64,000 bases of DNA from Penicillus capitatus (taxonomy: Eukaryota; Plantae; Chlorophyta): contig OZ287696.1 in assembly GCA_965649825.1 (NCBI GenBank), positions 787,101-851,100 on the forward strand, read 5' to 3'. Both the position numbers and the translations under genes were made by a program. The stretch's first letter is position 1. Each line of letters starts with the position of its first letter. Below the pieces are notes generated by a model. That model had not been told where the DNA came from. It searched no databases and worked only from the letters and a program-made list of their open reading frames with translations. Of this stretch, positions 34,406 to 46,879 are shown one piece after another.

Positions 34406-37120
34406 GAGAACCTAGAACACGCAGAGAGCGTTACTGCGTCAGCAGTGTGACCTATCGTGGCCACAGAAGACAGGTTCGGGCACACGAAGCAAACACAGAA
34501 AGCAGGTAAGAGAGCGAGGCGCATGCATGTGCGTGCAGAGCGTCCACGCAGAGAACGAAGAGCTCCGCGGCGCGTGGTGCGTCGCTGCATGAGTGCAGGA
34601 CTTACGGCTTCCCGGGGTAGCCGTAGTCTTCCTCCGTGGTCATTCTGGTGTCGGCCATGTCGTCGCAAGTCGCTCGCTGGAAAAACAGGCAGCAAAACTC
34701 GGAAACTCGAGTGCGGAAGGGCCTGCGACAGGACCTTTATAGGCCGCCTCGGTTGCCGCGCCGCGGCGGCGAACGGAGGATCGGAACTGTCGCCGTTTGG
34801 CGGCGCCTGCATGCGCCGCCGGACAGAGAACTGGCCGCCAGACGGCCAGAAACGCAGGATACTGTCGCCGGTATGCGCAACGCGAACGGGAGAGCGCTCT
34901 TGGCTGCTCTGCAATGTGTTTTGCAGGCAAGTTTTTTTGCAGTTTGTTCGCATTCTCTCCTCTAGGTGTAACTCGCAAGCGTTTCCGCGGCTGTTCTGTG
35001 GCGAATCTCCGAACGGCGAACCGTTCGAGTCGGCTCTGCTTTGCCTGAGCGGAGCGACGAGGCAGGCGTTCTCTATGGCAGAGGCGGCGAGCGCTCTTTG
35101 TCATGTCGGCTGTCTGTTTCGGACGCTATATCGGAGAATGCGGCCGCGAGAGCGTTTCTCGACAGTGTAACGCGAATCTGTTTCGAGAGGTGTCGGTGGT
35201 CTAACTCCCTCGGACATGGAAGGAAGCAGCACAGAACTGCCGGCCATCTGTGACAGCCAGACGACAACCGGAACCGTGGTCTCCGTTCACGTTCGCTTGC
35301 CGCGTCGAGTGTTTCGGAAGCCGTCGCTCGCTCCGGTCAACGAAAGCCAATCGCGTTTTACATTAGCTGAGCAGCCTATTCTGTCTGTGAAGCCATCGGC
35401 GACTTGTTTTCACCGAACACTGCGAAGAAGCGTCAGAGTTTGTGAAAGATTGCTTCCAGAGATCTGGATCTGTCTGTGGTGCTTTTGACAAGACAAGAAC
35501 GTCGAACGCAAACCGGATGGCAGGCCGCGTGGACAAACACGATCAAGTAAAGACTGCAGCTGGGGCGGCCAGATTTCTTTCTCCGGCTGAAAGGATATGT
35601 GCGAAAACGTTGGAGAGGCCAAATGGAATCTGCTGTCGTCGGCTGTCGACGCTGCAGTCATCGAACCGGCTGCCAGTGCGAGGACGCTGAACGAGTGGTC
35701 ATGCCCAGTGAAGGCTTTCCGTGAATCCTCTTCCTACCTTCGTGGACGAGGCTATTTGGGGAGAAACCAATGTCTGCTCAGGTCCACCCCGTCGAAGGTT
35801 TCTGCCGCCTGCAGCTAAACTGCCGGCCAGAGTCACTGATTGCGCATTGCCCTCCGCCGATGCGATCGCTCTTTACAACGCCACCCGTTCGAGGAAGATT
35901 CTCCGGCATTGTCACACGTGCTGTCCCCTTGCGGACGCCATCGCCTTGACAAGTGGGGATGCACGTCATGCGACAAGCACCGCTATCATCAGAGTGTCAA
36001 TTCCCGGACACACATGACTGCATGCTGGCCGGATACGACGCAGTTCGTGGGAGAGGCGTTTCGGACACATCGTCCTTCCATGAATGAAGTTCGAACGTAA
36101 TGTTGTGTTACACAGAACAACGACAAAAAGGAACATCCACCCACGGCACGGACACACAGCATGACAAGAAGAGAACTTGGTCGACAGGCTCATCAGTGTC
36201 GCATCGACGACGCAAAGGAGCAGCGGTAAGTGGAAGGAGGTATCGTTGTCAGTCCATCATCCTCTCAAGAGTGGGACAGACTTGTTGCACGAAGGCATTC
36301 ATTGACACGTCTCGCTTCTCGTCTTTATCGCAATGTCTACGATGAGATCTCTGCTCCGGGACCAGAATCCCCACCCGTCTCGACCGTGGACGTCAGTCCA
36401 TTTCTTCTCAGTCGTCGGCAATGCGTCTCCGCCTCTTCCTGATCACAGGCGATCGCCAGAGCAACTCCGCTGACATATGCTGCCCAATCTCACCTGTAAG
36501 CTACGAGCCGATGACGCCTCGTTGGCGACTGACCAACCATAGCCACGCAGCACGGTGGATTTCTAGGCAGCTAAGAGGTCGTCCGTCCTTCCGTCCGAAC
36601 TCTGCAGCGCTTCGTTCGACGCGTCCGTTTCAATGGACGCTATCCATGGCCTCCAGAACAGCAGACGTGCCTCGTGCAGAGGGCGATTCACGCCCCCTTC
36701 CTTCAGCGAATCCACACCCCGCGTTGTCCATCCAGCGGGTGTAACCTGCTCGAGGATTCTTTCTTCTCGCGGCCTCTGGCAGTCGATGACGAGCAGCGCG
36801 TTGCCGTCATCGTTACCTGATGCATTCGGGCAGACAAGCACGGAGTGATCTCCTGGTGGTCCGTAGAGGCACATCTCGGCAGTTTGTCTGCCGTTCACGC
36901 CGCATTCGATTACGTCGGGAGATGCATTCGTGGCTGTCAGAGCTTCGGCGCGTCTTCTCCATGCAATCGAAGATGCTTTTTACGACGTGGCCTGGCAGCG
37001 CTTGGTTCATTCGTCTTCCCGTCCGTCCAAACCAGTCGTTGGTCAGACAGCGGCAACGCCACTTGCCGGGTTTCACAATAGTCGTGTACGGAGTGTTGGT
37101 TTCGCGTTTCTGCCGCACCG

Positions 37121-37648
37121 ATGCCGACGGACGCTCCATTGGCTTTCTACGGATGCTGGGGTCTATCAGCAGACGCAGACAACGTGCTCGTCTACCCAGC
37201 CAATACGCACGTTCGCATTATTGGAAACAAAAGGACGCAGGCGTCGCTTACTGGCCAGGAAGGTATTGTGATCAAGACGGTCGGTCTGGGCGGATGGCAC
37301 TGGCTGGAGCTTAAGAACGGCACCACTGTCAAAGTGCAGCGCAACGCGCTCTGTCTGGCAAATGACGTCGCATCCGACAGCTGCTGCGAAGGAGACTCGA
37401 CACCGTCTGAGCGATCCAGCACGCATGGATGCTCAGAGTTCCATTCGGCAAAGGCGCGCACAGCCGGCGGTGTCAACCTGCAGAAGCTCAGCACCACTGC
37501 CCTGATGCGATATGCCCACCTCCATGGACTCGGCATCGGATCGCGCGTTCGTCGCGATGTCTTGATCAAACATGTGCTGTGGCATTTCGAGTCGTTGACG
37601 TCCGACGAGGCGGCAATTCTAACGTCTCTGTATCGGCGAGGCCATTAG
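37121..37648 (+). CDS. green-lineage protein with GLGGWHW motif and C-terminal SAP30 Sin3-binding-like domain
   Basis: GNKRTQASLTGQEGIVIKTVGLGGWHWLELKNGTTVKVQRNAL; VNLQKLSTTALMRYAHLHGL...LIKHVLWHF resembles the SAP30 Sin3-binding motif. Confidence 0.65.
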   Translation: MPTDAPLAFYGCWGLSADADNVLVYPANTHVRIIGNKRTQASLTGQEGIVIKTVGLGGWHWLELKNGTTVKVQRNALCLANDVASDSCCEGDSTPSERSSTHGCSEFHSAKARTAGGVNLQKLSTTALMRYAHLHGLGIGSRVRRDVLIKHVLWHFESLTSDEAAILTSLYRRGH

Positions 37649-38455
37649 GTTCTAGGAAATGATCATACAGGATGCAGATCGCACGTGTTCTCTCACTCGA
37701 TACCTGACGCTCAATGTGAGGTCAAATGTTTCAATGTACGTGAAAAGGAGTTTAGGCGGTAGAAGTGACGATCTGCATCGTGACATGTGTTTGTTGTCTC
37801 AGAAACGGTCTCTCGGGTGATGAGGTCTATTCTTAACACGTTTTTTGCTTGAACCCTCTCACGCCTTGTTTGCTTTTTTTTGGAAACTGTACGAACACCC
37901 TGCCGTTGCCTAGCTTGTTTTTTTCGATCGAACCGTCGCAGCATCTGTCGACCGTCCGGAGATGGACGGACGCAAAGATTCGACATCTTTCTTTCCAATT
38001 TTTTGCCCTGTGTCTCCCTTCCACGAATTCTTTGTGGGGTCAGGCTGAATTGGTGCCGCCTATCCGCAATTCGCACGGATAGATCCAACACTGCCGATCG
38101 TCCCCTTTCAGACAGTCTCGGAAGATTTGTACGTTCTCTGAAGGAATCGCTTCGCAGACAATTCCGTCTCCTCTTGTTAGAGAGGTCTCTCGAATGTTGA
38201 TCTTGCCACGGTCGACACATCTGTGCAGTACAGTCGTGTCGGTGGCCATGGAATAGACGTGTACAACATCCTTACTCTCCTCATCATTCGATGCATTGCG
38301 TCCCTGTCTATAGAGCCGTCGCGCCGCTGACATCTCTCTCCCTGCGCTCAACAGCCAGACTTTTCACGAACAGCACGGCACACCACTTCATTGCATCCCA
38401 AAGGAAGGCGTCTCCGGTATCGTCTGTGTGTGCCGGTATTCGGGCTTACGGTTCA

Positions 38456-39407
38456 ATGCCACCGCCTCCACTCGACTACAAGACGCCACTGGTCGTGCCT
38501 GCCCGGTTCGGCGAGGACGTTTGTCGAGTGGTAGCCGTCGTGAACGAGGCCTTGCTGACAGATCTGAGCACTCTGCCACGGTGTTTTTGTTGCATGGACT
38601 GGGAGACACGTGTGACGGGTGGTCGGATGTGGCCACCAAAGAGATGTGGGGTCAAAACCTGCCGCACGTGAAGTTTGTCCTTCCCACCGCACCAGTGGTA
38701 TGGAACCCGAACTTCGTCGACCCGGACGCTAAACTGTGGGGCCGTGCTGACAGCGACCGGTCACCACGAATGGCGGCTTCCCCTCTACTGCCTGGTATGA
38801 CGTGAACTCCCTCAGCGAAGAGGACCACAGAACAGACGAAGAGGGGATCCGGGAGAGCGTCAGGTCACAGCACACCGACCACCCGTTCCCTGACGACTTC
38901 TGCGTTTCTGCAGATTCCTGACGTCTCTGGTGGAGAAGGAGATGGGGATGGGGATCGAGCCAGAACGCATTGTCATCTCTGGGTTTTCTCAGGGAGGGGC
39001 GATGGCGTTGGCCATGCTTCGATCTCCGCACAAATTTGCTGCCGTCATCGGTGCATGCCGTCTCCAAGCACCTCCTCTCTCTATCTCTCATCCGCAGGGA
39101 TGAGCTGCTATCTGCCGAAGCTCTCCGGTGAGCCGAGCGTATCCGAAGCCAACAGAAAGACGCCAGTGTTCATGTGCCATGGACTCTACGATCCCATGAT
39201 TGCCTTCACCTACGGGAAGCACTCTTTCGAAGTGACCGACGATGCTGGTGCACTTCTGCGTGCTCACCTCCATGGGATTTTCCCCAGGTGCTCGAGAAAG
39301 AGATGGAGAGCGTGCGGTTTGCAGAGTATGAGATGGCGCACGCGGCATGTCGGGAAGAAATGCAGGACGTCCAGAGTTTTCTCGAATCTGTCTTGCCGCC
39401 TGCGTAG
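38456..39407 (+). CDS. acyl-protein thioesterase / lysophospholipase (phospholipase-carboxylesterase family), copy 1
   Basis: ATVFLLHGLGD, VKFVLPTAP, AWYDV, ISGFSQGG (nucleophile), MCHGLYDP, MAHAAC; five GT-AG introns. Confidence 0.9.
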
Positions 39408-40409
39408 AACTGTCGATGTCGCCTTCCTGACACTTGCGTGTTTATCATGGCCAGCTTCATCTCTATAGCACGACGATTGGGAGTAAGTACCGAACGCCAT
39501 CCGCCGCACGATTGCTCCGACGAGAGCGTCCTCAAGGCCACCGCCGCCTGTAGTTCATGAAAGAGATGGAATGGAGAGGATCGGTTGCGTCTTTTCAAGA
39601 CACTATTCGACAGATTGACGATTGCACTGGCAGGGGGATCGGCAATACGGCATTCCATCTTGAGTCCTTGATCGGCGACGCTCGTCAGCGCTTCTTCCGT
39701 GCACACCAAAGAATAGCTCTCTCTGAGTCACCCGTTATCTGTGACTTGAGGAATGGCGAAGTCTATTCGGCAGGGAGAAGGAATAGATGGCCAGCAGTCG
39801 ACTGTCAGAGGTCTTCATTCCGCACTCATCACTGCGTCCTCTCGTCTTCGCATGCAGTCCAAGGAAAGAGATGAATCCCGTCAGACGGCGAAAGATGTGT
39901 GCACTGACACCCATGGATCTGCACGGATCCTCAGATCTAAGCCACAGAAGAGAAAACGAACACAGTCGTGCATGGCGAGAACGCATTCGTCGGGACCTTC
40001 CGCGAATAAAATAGAATTACTAAGACAGCTGACAGCCAGCGATGGGGCTGCACGTGGCACGCACACTATGTTGACAGAGCGGACGCCGCAAAAGGACTCA
40101 TCCGGCAGAACAGAATGACACGGGCGACGATGCCCATATACAACGCATCAGGGCGCTCAGTTCGCGAAGCATGACCTCGTTCATAGAGTCGCGGAGAAAG
40201 AAAGATGTCGAACCATCCAAATATCAACAGGATTCAAATGTAGCGCGATCGAGAGCGTTGCTCGAAGGCGTCAACCTAAGCTGGCTTCCGACCCGTCCGC
40301 CGACAATCTTCCGCACTTTTACTCTCCCGGCTCTGATTCTTCTTGACGACTTCTCTAGCGTCTGTTGCATTCTGGCCAAGTCTCGATGGCTCGACGACCA
40401 CGTCATCGT

Positions 40410-40712
40410 GCTTCACCAATTAGAACTAGAATTAAGGAGATGACTTCAAAAGCAGAAGAGTACTTGGGGACGACCAAGATCCTCGAAGGTAGCAGTGGCA
40501 TTGAAGTCTGGCTCAAGCGGATGTCGTGGCGTCGGGCGAGGACACGCACTTCTTGGCAAAGTCAATCGGTATGTTGAAGTTCTTCCTCAGCCACTTGCGG
40601 GACACCGTCTAGTCGGCACGTCGTCTGAGCAGATGTCGCCGAAAGTCGTCGACACAATCACCTCTCGGCGATCTCCCACGAGCGACTCGATTTCCTGCAC
40701 CCAATCCGACAT
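40410..40712 (-). pseudogene. POLD3/CDC27 N-terminal-like fragment, inverted copy
   Basis: Mirror image of 60947-61250. Confidence 0.38.
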
Positions 40713-40783
40713 GAAGACGCCGTTGTCGGTGTGAAAGAGATCGGCGACGATTGAGCAGCGTCAGAACGGCCACTTCAACGAAA

Positions 40784-41369
40784 ATGGCTCGTCCGAGTCG
40801 TACGCGACGGAACTGGCTTGAAGCGTTCGGTCAGCGACAGTTGATAAATCCGATGAATGTACGGCGATCGTTCTGCTGCCCCTTGGCCGAGAGACCCATG
40901 ATGCGTACGTCCCTTGTGAGTCAAGGGACCTGACCCTTCGTCGATTTTTCAGAGGAACGGCGGTTGCGTCTGGAGGAGCGCAGGATCGGTGGTGCGAGAC
41001 GTGCGGTGCTCTGTGGATTCGCAACAGCTGCCTGTCCGACTACGGCGGATCCGCCAGTTTCGAAGCTCTCCTTGGGTGATGCTCCTCGCGAGGGCGTGGG
41101 GAGGGGACGAAAGACCTTTGGTGTCAGGGACCATGATGATGGGATCCCATCACACTCGTGAGGAGTCCTTTGCGTTGCTGGACTTTGCATTCGAGAACGG
41201 CGTCACGCTCTTCGACACCGCAGAGATGTACCCGGTCCCACAATGTTCAGAAACGCACGGGCGCTCGGAAGAGATTCTGGGACAGTGGATGAGACAACAC
41301 CAAAGGCAGCAAGCACCAACCTCTCGCGGATCCTTCTCTCTCACGCTCTGTTTTCCAGAGATCGTCTCG
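40784..41369 (+). pseudogene. 5' fragment of the tas-like aldo-keto reductase (truncated duplicate)
   Basis: GTMMMG...LFDTAEMYPVPQ present; homology to the full gene ends at about 41369. Confidence 0.8.
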
Positions 41370-41601
41370 ATGTCTCTCCGTTCGAGATCAGTCCACTGGA
41401 GATGTGGTAGGTTACCTGCCGAGCGAAGTGACGTTCGACCCATTTTCGTCTGACGTCAGACTGCCGCGAAGAGAATCGCGCATTCTGATTGGCTGACCGC
41501 GGTCGAATTTGTTGAAAATGTCACATCCTCGACTACAAAACGCGAGGCGCCATACCAGTTTTCGTATTTCCGCTCTTCCGAACTGTGCGCCACTGCTCGC
41601 G

Positions 41602-42612
41602 GTGGACTACGCCTTCACCCCTCGGCAGCTCTGGGACTCCTTACCGGCCGAGTCCAAGACCACCGCTTCGCCGCACACGCAACCGTCGCCTCCACCAGCA
41701 ATAGAATTCCTTGTGTCATCAAGGTACGTGCTCCCTCTCTCTCGTTCGGTCTTACATGAGGTGTGTCTGGCAGCAACTGGAAGGCCGGCGGCTTTGCGCC
41801 GGAGGGAAGAAGCACCTGCGCCGCCGGGTCGCGCTTTCCCTGCGTCCTGGGAAGTAGCTCGAGACCCGGCAGCTTCAGAGACTCGTTCCCGGTCGACCTC
41901 CACCTCCAGGTGGTGGGAACGAGCGAGAAGGAGTCGGAGGGGAACGAGTCCATCTCCCGTTGTGTTCGGCGCATGGACCAGGTGCCGCCGGAGGAGCTCG
42001 AGCTGCTCGTCGATCAGCTGTCCCGCAACCGGCTGGCGGATCTGCTCGACCTCATCCGCCGGCTGCGGCTGATCGAGGGCAGCGTTCCGCGAACACGAGC
42101 GGGGAGCGGCTGCTGGAATCGTCGAGGTTCATCGAAAACGACACAGGTCTCGCCGCCTCCGCAGACGAAAGACAGTCTGCTAAACAACCGCGTTTGTAGG
42201 AATCATCGTGGAGCCCGAAGCAGTCAGTCGACCGAACGAATCCGACCCACCGGAGGCACGTTCGATGCGCCCTCGACACGGCGGAGGGCCTCGAAGCTTA
42301 CTGGATGCGACGAGTCCGTTTTCTCGCAGCACCGTCAGCTGATGGAGTCCTGCTTGCCGGCTGCCAGAGAGCCGAAGGAGACCAAGAAAGAAGAAGACGC
42401 GGCAGAGTCATACCTCGCGGTGCCATGAAGCCGAAACACAAGAAACCGAGGAGGTTTGCTATGAGGTGCCCATCCTTTCTGCCAGGGATCCCTCTCATCA
42501 CTCTGCACGCAGGACGGAGGATGCAGTCACCGGAGTGGAGAGCGAGTCGAGCGTACGACGCAGGACGGATCTGGAGTGGCTGAGGAGGTCGAAGGAGGAG
42601 ACGCGCAAGAAG
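41602..42612 (+). pseudogene. mosaic of internally deleted TFIIIC large-subunit gene fragments, inverted relative to the intact gene
   Basis: 41602-41640 matches ~56480, 41705-41790 matches ~58405-58320 (including a 50-nt intron), 41790-42612 matches ~56670-55520 with deletions and frameshifts. Confidence 0.85.
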
Positions 42613-42649
42613 CATGCAGACGTCAGTTCATGGTAACAAGGGGCATGTA

Positions 42650-43500
42650 CATGAGTCTGCCGTCGATCTGCCTCGATGCAGATCGACGCAGTCCTTGTAC
42701 GTAGCTACCTCCATGTGCATGAGTCTGCCGATGATCTGCCCCGATGCAGATCGACGCAGTCCTGCACATGGAGGCGGCTCAAGATGCCATAGCTACAGCC
42801 CATAGCTACAGCCATGTGCACGAGTCTGCCGTCGATCTGCCTCGATGCAGATCGACGCAGTCCTGCACATGGCATAACAGTCCAAGCCTGGAACAACGCC
42901 TACCCGAATCGTCTTCCTCATCTCGCCTCCCTGGAAGAAGTTACAAGACATCCGTTGACAATCTTGCTCAAATGGCCCAGCCAAGCATCCCTCAGCAACC
43001 TCCAGACGAAGCCTCTGGTGTTCTGCATCTCCGAGACTTCAACACCACTCCCTATCTTATTCTTGCTTCAGAATCGAGTTTGACAGAATTGCCTGTCACA
43101 GAGGATCAAATGAACGCCCGTGTCTGTTTCCTGATTGTGACGTGATGTAATGTGCGAGACTTTGCTGATGTCTGTTTGTCAAACATGTTTGCTTTCGATG
43201 TGACATTTGTTCGGACGCATCATCCATTGTTAATCAATTTTCAACTCAGCACGTGCGTTACGCAACCATGTTAAGCGACAGCGTTGCAGCGAAAGTCATC
43301 GCCGCACTCTTCGCTTGCGTCTCTGTCGGGATTTCTCTCAATCAGGTGTAACTCTACCTGCGTCTATCGCGCCCATTTGACCTTCTGTCGCGTTCCACAG
43401 ATTGTCATGCACTTGAAATTCTATACCGAGCCCGTCTTTCAAGTAATCTACTGTTCGGCTGACAGGACACCCGACAGAGCTGGCGAGAGGATCTTGTGAA
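42650..43500 (+). pseudogene. duplicate of the 3' end of the API5-like repeat gene
   Basis: Matches 20040-21012; frame 42744-43145 is open (HESAVDLP...EASGVLHLRDFNTTPYL). Confidence 0.75.
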
Positions 43501-43996
43501 GTGCTGCCTGACGAGCCAAGTCGTGATGGATACCTCCGCATGGAAGCTGTACGAGACGGCTCTCCGTATCCCGCTGGACGTCACGATCGACATTCCTCCG
43601 GATGTCAGGATGCCTGCCTCGCCTCCGTGCGCACCTCTTTCGGCGGCGTCTTCAGATCCGTTTGCCGCTGGACCCAGTGCGCCTCTGGCGATTCCAAGCA
43701 AGTCGCCGTCTCTCGCAACGAGGATTCCCGACAGAAAGGCGATAGAGATGTCCGACGCAAACTCGGTCGATGGACGACGCGTTCGAAACACCGAGATCGG
43801 GGAGACGCAAGGTGTGGACATGGGCAGAGGTGCGGCGCCATCCGCCGCTTCCGGCGAGTGGAGCGATGTGGCTGTCCGTTCCTCGTTGTTTCGGCTGGCG
43901 AGTCGAGACGAGGCAGCAGAGGGAGATGATGGCTGCCGCGGATTCAGTTTCTGTCCTTCCAATGCGTCTACGCGGTCGCCCCGCTCGGAGAACTGA
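43462..43996 (+). pseudogene. orphan 3' fragment of the TM-kinase gene
   Basis: Matches 25989-26523 (TSAWKLYETALRIPLDVTIDIP...TRSP.SEN*); no kinase domain upstream. Confidence 0.85.
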
Positions 43997-46879
43997 TGGA
44001 CGCGGATTCGACGAGCGAGATGCATCTGACCTACTCTGCTTTGCCTTAGTATATTGTTCTAGCCTGTAGCGGATACTCCGCCTTCGGTTTCATCGTCTTC
44101 CATGCTATTTTCAGTGATCGGTTCAGCTTCTTCATATACTCATCTATTTACTGCGCTACACGCTTAAACACTCTCTTTGCATTGCATTTGTGCTTTTCAA
44201 TTTCATGCAAACTGTTGTCTCGTGGCTTTCATCTGTTGTCATTGCTCAGAAGGCAGCAGCCTACCAGAGCAATTACCAAAGCAATGATGCAAATTTTATA
44301 TTTGTCGAATAGATGGTCGACGAGGAAAGACTCTTTGCGGTAACATTTCTTTCGAATATTCGTTATCCAGAGATTTTAGAGTTGGTTAGTCCGTGGGACA
44401 GATGTGTCATGCAGGACACACGTTTCCGTATCGAGCACTTGGATTGTCGAATTGCATGGCGTCATCATTGTTCCTAGGCGTTAAGTTTTCGCACTTCAGT
44501 AATCACCTGTTGACGCCGATCACATTAGCAAACAAACGAGAGCAAACTTGTCTTCGTGTATGTAATACACGTGACTCCAATCGTCTTGCCACGTCGGTGA
44601 CATCGACGTTCGGATAGTCGCTGCCATCAGACGAGCGTTCAAATGTCGTTCCGGCTATCTCAAATCCGACGCGCGGTACGCGGAGACGCATAGACCTCTT
44701 TGTCGCTGTCGGAGCGAACGACAAGCGATCGTGCAGGCCTCGTCAGAGAAATCTGTCAACACGAGCAACGAGGACTGGAGAAAGGCGGATCACCCAGAGG
44801 AGATGACGCCCTGAAAGTGGGGCGGCAGAGATGTCGTTCGATGCGTTGAATGGCGCAGCAGCAGTCAGTTGACGCCATCTGAGCTATCGAACAAGGCTTC
44901 CTGGAGGCTTTGCGCTCTACGGCCTCCTGTGACCGGCGTTCTCTGGAGTTCACGCTGTTCCTGTATGATCTGTTCGTCTCTGTAAAGGTCTTCCGCGTAC
45001 CTCTTATGTTGTACTACGCTCGAACTGTGAAGTCGCCAAGGCGATAGAACGAAAACGACAGGTTCGTCATTCCAGCGCGTTCTCTCTTCTTTGCCTTAAA
45101 AAGCTGCGCGGACTGTTATACACTTCTCAGACGGTAGATAGCGTCCACGCTGAATCATGCGTGCTCACTGCGTAGACAGCTTCGAAATGGCGATTGTTCG
45201 TCTTGCGCCCCTCTCTTCGAAGCGCATAGTCAGCTTGCTGTGGATGACAAGTAGCGACGTCTTCATATTTTGTCGCTGCGAAGTACCGTCGCCCGTTCTG
45301 AGCAACACCTGACCAATGCTAGTTCGAATCGATTTGCAGCTGGAAGAGCGAGCTATAACTGCCTAAGAGTCCGTCTGGCGCATCGACGGGGCTCTCGGCT
45401 CTCACTCTCCTATCGCTACGTCTTCGACGTAGCCGCCTCAAGTCTATTTCATGCGTAGGCACGTACGTCTCTAACATCTCAGGCACTGCACGGATCTCTG
45501 GAAATCGAGTGCAAGACACTCGGACAGAAGCCTGGCACGGTAATGTTAGGAGACAATCAAGAGTGCGGCACATAACGAGATGAGCAGTTGTCGGCGGTCA
45601 CACATCGCGACGTGCTTGGCGAGTTTAGGAAACCTAAATCGACGGCGCCTGCTCGGAGTCGGCGTCGCGTTGTCTGTCGGCGACAGCGAATGCGATGAAG
45701 AGATCTGTGGATTCCCGAAGTCTTCGCCCAGAGGACGGTGACGAGCTTAACGACGACATGCGTCCTGCAACACCCTCCGCAGCAGTCATGAGAGAATCGG
45801 AGATTAAGCGTTTCGTTGTTAAATTGCAATTCGCGTGCATGCAACGTAACGGATATGGAGATTGACTGTTTAAACAATGTTTGTAAATGTCACTCTTTTG
45901 AAAAGTGTGTTGTACTAAAGAAAAGTGTTACAATAGTGACTCGAAAAACTTGTAAAATATCACTCTTTTAAATAGTGTGATGTCCAGTGAAAAGGTGTTA
46001 GAATGGCGGTGCACAGAAGAACAGATGTTCACCCCGCCACAAAGTCTGTAAGAAAAGAAAGAATGAGAGATGTGTGTTAGAGATGGAATGACTTACGGTC
46101 GGCGAGCGGAGCCTCGCAATGCGGCGCGGGAGGTCACCCCGAACGAGCACTGGCTCCGATTCCAGTCAGGGTGCGCAAGGAGAACGAAATGCAACTGATG
46201 TTCGACTAGTAGGAGGTAGTCGTGCCACTCTCGATGAACGACGCGCAGCGCGGACATGCAGGTAAGGGGTCCAGACATGAAAGAAGGAAAGGGGACCCAT
46301 GAAAAAACAAACATGAAAGGGAAACAACAAAAACACAGAACAGACATGCAGGCAGGTGAGCAAACAAGCAGAAAAGGAAAATCAACAGTAAACATACAAG
46401 GAAAATGCATGTAACAGGTAAGCAGCGAAGGAGGAAGAAACAAAAAAGGCAAAGACGACAAATAGAAAGCAGGGGGAGACACAAGAGACACCCGGAAGGA
46501 AGAGAGATGAAAAACGCGGTCCCGGGTGTCTGAGAGTAGCACGATGCCGCCCTTCATCGGCAGTATACACCCGCCTGCCTCTTGTGCGCGACCCCGAAAG
46601 GCGGGCAGGTCGCCAAGGCCCTGCCCGCTGGTGCCGCGAAGGGTGATCGACGCCGCTGCCTCGGGGTGGAGAAGCAGCGGCACATCGCTGGAGTGCGGAT
46701 GCCGGATGCCGGATGCGGTGCTCTGTTGCTCTGGATCTGGAGTCGGATGTTCTTCATGCTTCAATCATGCTGGTTGTCTGCCACAATGCTTTGATTCTCT
46801 GAATGCTCAGCCAGTCTATCTTCCTGAGTCTATCATTCAACCACATGTCAACGGATGAACAGAGTTGGATTGCCTTACC

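Larger units (their letters stand above)
25989..35250 (+). repeat. segmental duplication, copy 1 (direct; copy 2 at ~43462-53000)
   Basis: Colinear matches at an offset of ~17.4-17.7 kb; high identity over 26.0-29.3 kb and much lower beyond; right boundary approximate. Confidence 0.88.
37659..41369 (+). repeat. large inverted repeat, left arm (right arm ~60283-64000, running off the window)
   Basis: Paired ORF coordinates sum to 101659 throughout 37659-40900 (no indels); only scattered substitutions. Confidence 0.96.

Noticed and set aside
36180-36200. CTGATGAG on the minus strand as a hammerhead ribozyme core
   Set aside because: No downstream stem II plus GAAA and no flanking stems; other CTGATGA hits lie in coding sequence
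35250-37100. Many short overlapping ORFs
   Set aside because: No motif, no coherent splice model and no internal homology detected by eye
38040-38351. 103-aa minus-strand ORF (mirror at 63308-63619) and ORFs at 39557-40118
   Set aside because: No recognisable domain; conservation between arms is uninformative because the arms are nearly identical
41480-41500. CTGATTGGCTG, a CCAAT-box-like motif between pseudogene fragments
   Set aside because: A single short motif with no intact downstream gene
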